From Centroscyllium fabricii (Eukaryota), in NCBI GenBank assembly GCA_051313645.2, contig JBNRSN020000013.1, positions 15,066,001 to 15,130,000 on the forward strand: a stretch of 64,000 nt of DNA, given 5' to 3'. Below, piece by piece: positions 61,896 through 64,000 of this stretch. Within the stretch, counting starts at the first letter, position 1; each line of letters begins with the position of its first letter. The notes under the pieces were generated by a model, which saw only the letters and a list, made by a program, of their open reading frames with translations, searched no databases and was not told the DNA's origin. A program made the position numbers and the translations under genes.

Positions 61896-64000
61896 TGTGG
61901 CGGTACACCCACGGGGACATCGAATCCGCCACGGGGACTCCACGGAGCAAAGCCCCGCTCATCCGGGTGACGCGACTACGTCATCACGTCGGCCGACGCG
62001 ATGACGTCACCAACGGCGGGACCGTTTAAATATGCCTGTCTGGAGTGGTTCTCTCTCTTTCTTGTACTGTAGTTGATAATTAAAGCTGTGTTTTCTCTAA
62101 GCTCTGGCTCACGTGTGGTCACTAGGCCTGCCGGCGCTACAGTGGTGACCCCGAACTGGAACGATTTCCAGTGAAGAAAAAGCTGCCACAGGATCTGGGA
62201 CCACCAGCCAAAGACTTTTTTAAAGAAGCATGGTCAACCCAAGAAATCAAGCTCCACGAACGCAAGGAGCTGGACAGAACGCCGGGCGCGGACTTACTTT
62301 ACCCGAGTTCTGGGAGCAACGGCCAGCGGCCTGGTTTGTCTGCATAGAGGCCAGCTGCCGCACACATGGCATCAACGGGGACGACCGCTACGACTTGGTG
62401 TTCACAGCCCTTCCACAGACGACCATCGATAGGATGTGGTCAAAGATCCAGCGCGTGCCCGCTGCAGGCAGGTATGAAACGCTTAAGGCCGCGCTTATTA
62501 AAAAATTCACCCCCTCTCAATTTGAGCGCGACTGCCAGCTCCTCGACCTCCCCGAACTCGGGGACACAGACCCATCGGACCTCTCAGGTCAGATGCAAGC
62601 GCTCACACCCAATCCGGCCTCCCTATTTCGCACCGTCTTCCTCCTCAAATTACCCCGCGCCATCAGACCGGCCTTGGCGGCCCTAGGCCATCGTAGCGAC
62701 GATGAGCTCGGTGAGGAAGCCGACAGGCTGATGGAGGCGCAGCGCACCCGCTCCACCACGTGCGACCCTAACTCGGCATCGGTAGAGCGCAGCTATTCAC
62801 CCCCCAGGCACAACTTTACGCCTGAACCCAGGGCCCCGCGCCCGCCCAGACAACCGCGTCCCTCTAGCACCGGCTGGTGCTACTACCACACGCGGTTCGA
62901 CCACAAAGCGCACCGCTGCGTCCAGCCATGCGCATTTAAGCCACGGCCCAACTCAGCCCCTACCATGTCTGTAGCCCACACAGGAGCACTGCTCTTTGCC
63001 ACAGACAGCGGTACTGGCCTCGGGTTCCTCTGCGACACAGGCGCGCAGCACAGCATCGTGCCAGCCTCCCCCGCAGAAACCAAACGAGGTACCCGGGGCC
63101 CGCCACTAGCGGCAGCCAACGGCTCTAATATAAAAACGTACGGCACCCGCAAGTTAACCATTACCCTTGCAAGCCACGCGTACACCTGGGATTTTGTAAC
63201 GGCCCAGGTCACTTCTCCCCTCCTCGGGGCAGACTTCCTCTGCGCCTACGGCCTACTGGTCGATGTAACTCGGCGCCGCCTGGTGAATTTAAACACCATG
63301 ACAACCATCCCATGCTCCACAGGGCCCGCACTCCTGGCCCACGCGGCAGCCCAATGCCGCTCCAAGGACCCCGATGCCTACGGCACGCTCCTGGCAGAGT
63401 TCCCCGCCCTTACCAACCCCACGTTCACCGCCCGTAAGGCCAAACACGGGGTAGAGCATTTTATAACGACCACAGGTCCCCCCGTCCATGCCCACGCCCG
63501 TAGGCTCGACCCGGCCAAGCAGGAGATCGCGCTCACCGAGTTCCGCACCATGGAGCAACTCGGCATTATCCGCCGCTCCAACAGCCCCTGGGCCTCTCCT
63601 CTCCACATAGCCCCCAAGCCCGCCGGAGGTTGGCGCCCCTGCGGCGACTACCGCCGCCTCAACAACGCCACCACCCCGGATAGGTACCCCGTACCCCACA
63701 TCCAGGACTTTTCCGCCAGATTAGCGGGTTGTACGATCTTTTCCAAGATCGACCTGGTGCGTGGCTACCACCAGGTGCCCGTACACCCGGCGGACATTCC
63801 CAAAACGGCCGTAATTACCCCCTTCGGGCTCTTCGAATTTCTGAGGATGCCCTTCGGCCTCAAAAACGCGGCCCAGGCCTTCCAGCGCCTCATGGACTCA
63901 GTCCTCAGGGACTTGAAGTTCATATTCGTCTACTTAGACGATATCCTCGTGGCCAGCACCTCCCCCCAGGAACACCTCCTGCACCTCAGGACCCTGTTCC
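61896..64000 (+). mobile_element. Gypsy (CsRn1-type) sister-family element, runs off window end
   Basis: LTR 61896-62141 (TG...CA), PBS TGGTGACCCCGA at 62143, then gag-pol. Confidence 0.95.
62230..64000 (+). CDS. Gag-protease-RT, open to window end (absent from the ORF track because it has no stop)
   Basis: MVNPRNQ...[13 protein letters not shown]...[18 protein letters not shown]...LCDTGAQ...VYLDDIL; the frame is continuous for 590 codons. Confidence 0.9.
   Translation, partial: MVNPRNQAPRTQGAGQNAGRGLTLPEFWEQRPAAWFVCIEASCRTHGINGDDRYDLVFTALPQTTIDRMWSKIQRVPAAGRYETLKAALIKKFTPSQFERDCQLLDLPELGDTDPSDLSGQMQALTPNPASLFRTVFLLKLPRAIRPALAALGHRSDDELGEEADRLMEAQRTRSTTCDPNSASVERSYSPPRHNFTPEPRAPRPPRQPRPSSTGWCYYHTRFDHKAHRCVQPCAFKPRPNSAPTMSVAHTGALLFATDSGTGLGFLCDTGAQHSIVPASPAETKRGTRGPPLAAANGSNIKTYGTRKLTITLASHAYTWDFVTAQVTSPLLGADFLCAYGLLVDVTRRRLVNLNTMTTIPCSTGPALLAHAAAQCRSKDPDAYGTLLAEFPALTNPTFTARKAKHGVEHFITTTGPPVHAHARRLDPAKQEIALTEFRTMEQLGIIRRSNSPWASPLHIAPKPAGGWRPCGDYRRLNNATTPDRYPVPHIQDFSARLAGCTIFSKIDLVRGYHQVPVHPADIPKTAVITPFGLFEFLRMPFGLKNAAQAFQRLMDSVLRDLKFIFVYLDDILVASTSPQEHLLHLRTLF

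Overview
This is repeat-saturated vertebrate genomic DNA. It is almost certainly from a cartilaginous fish (shark-type V-SINE/HE1-like and Deu-domain SINEs, CR1, RTE, RTE-X, L2, Rex1/Babar, Penelope-like, Harbinger and Tigger elements); the species assignment is inference. No intact host gene was recognised. There are three young Ty3/Gypsy elements of the CsRn1/Kabuki type (CHCC Gag knuckle, tRNA-Trp PBS): one full length with LTRs and TSD, one truncated and tail-to-tail with it, and one sister-family copy running off the window. The most striking signal is a set of non-autonomous DNA transposons that share terminal arms but carry different internal cargo, and the cargo looks like host promoters and first exons. 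A Tigger-type MITE holds the first coding exon of a CYB561D2-like gene with Kozak ATG, splice donor and CRE/E-box region. A hAT-like element with a 6-bp TSD holds QKI exon 1 with its 5' UTR and intron start. Sister MITEs hold CCAAT/MEF2-, RFX X-box- and E2F-bearing fragments. The MITE arms themselves are arrays of NRF1- and YY1-type motifs. Penelope-like termini carry minimal hammerhead-ribozyme-like motifs.
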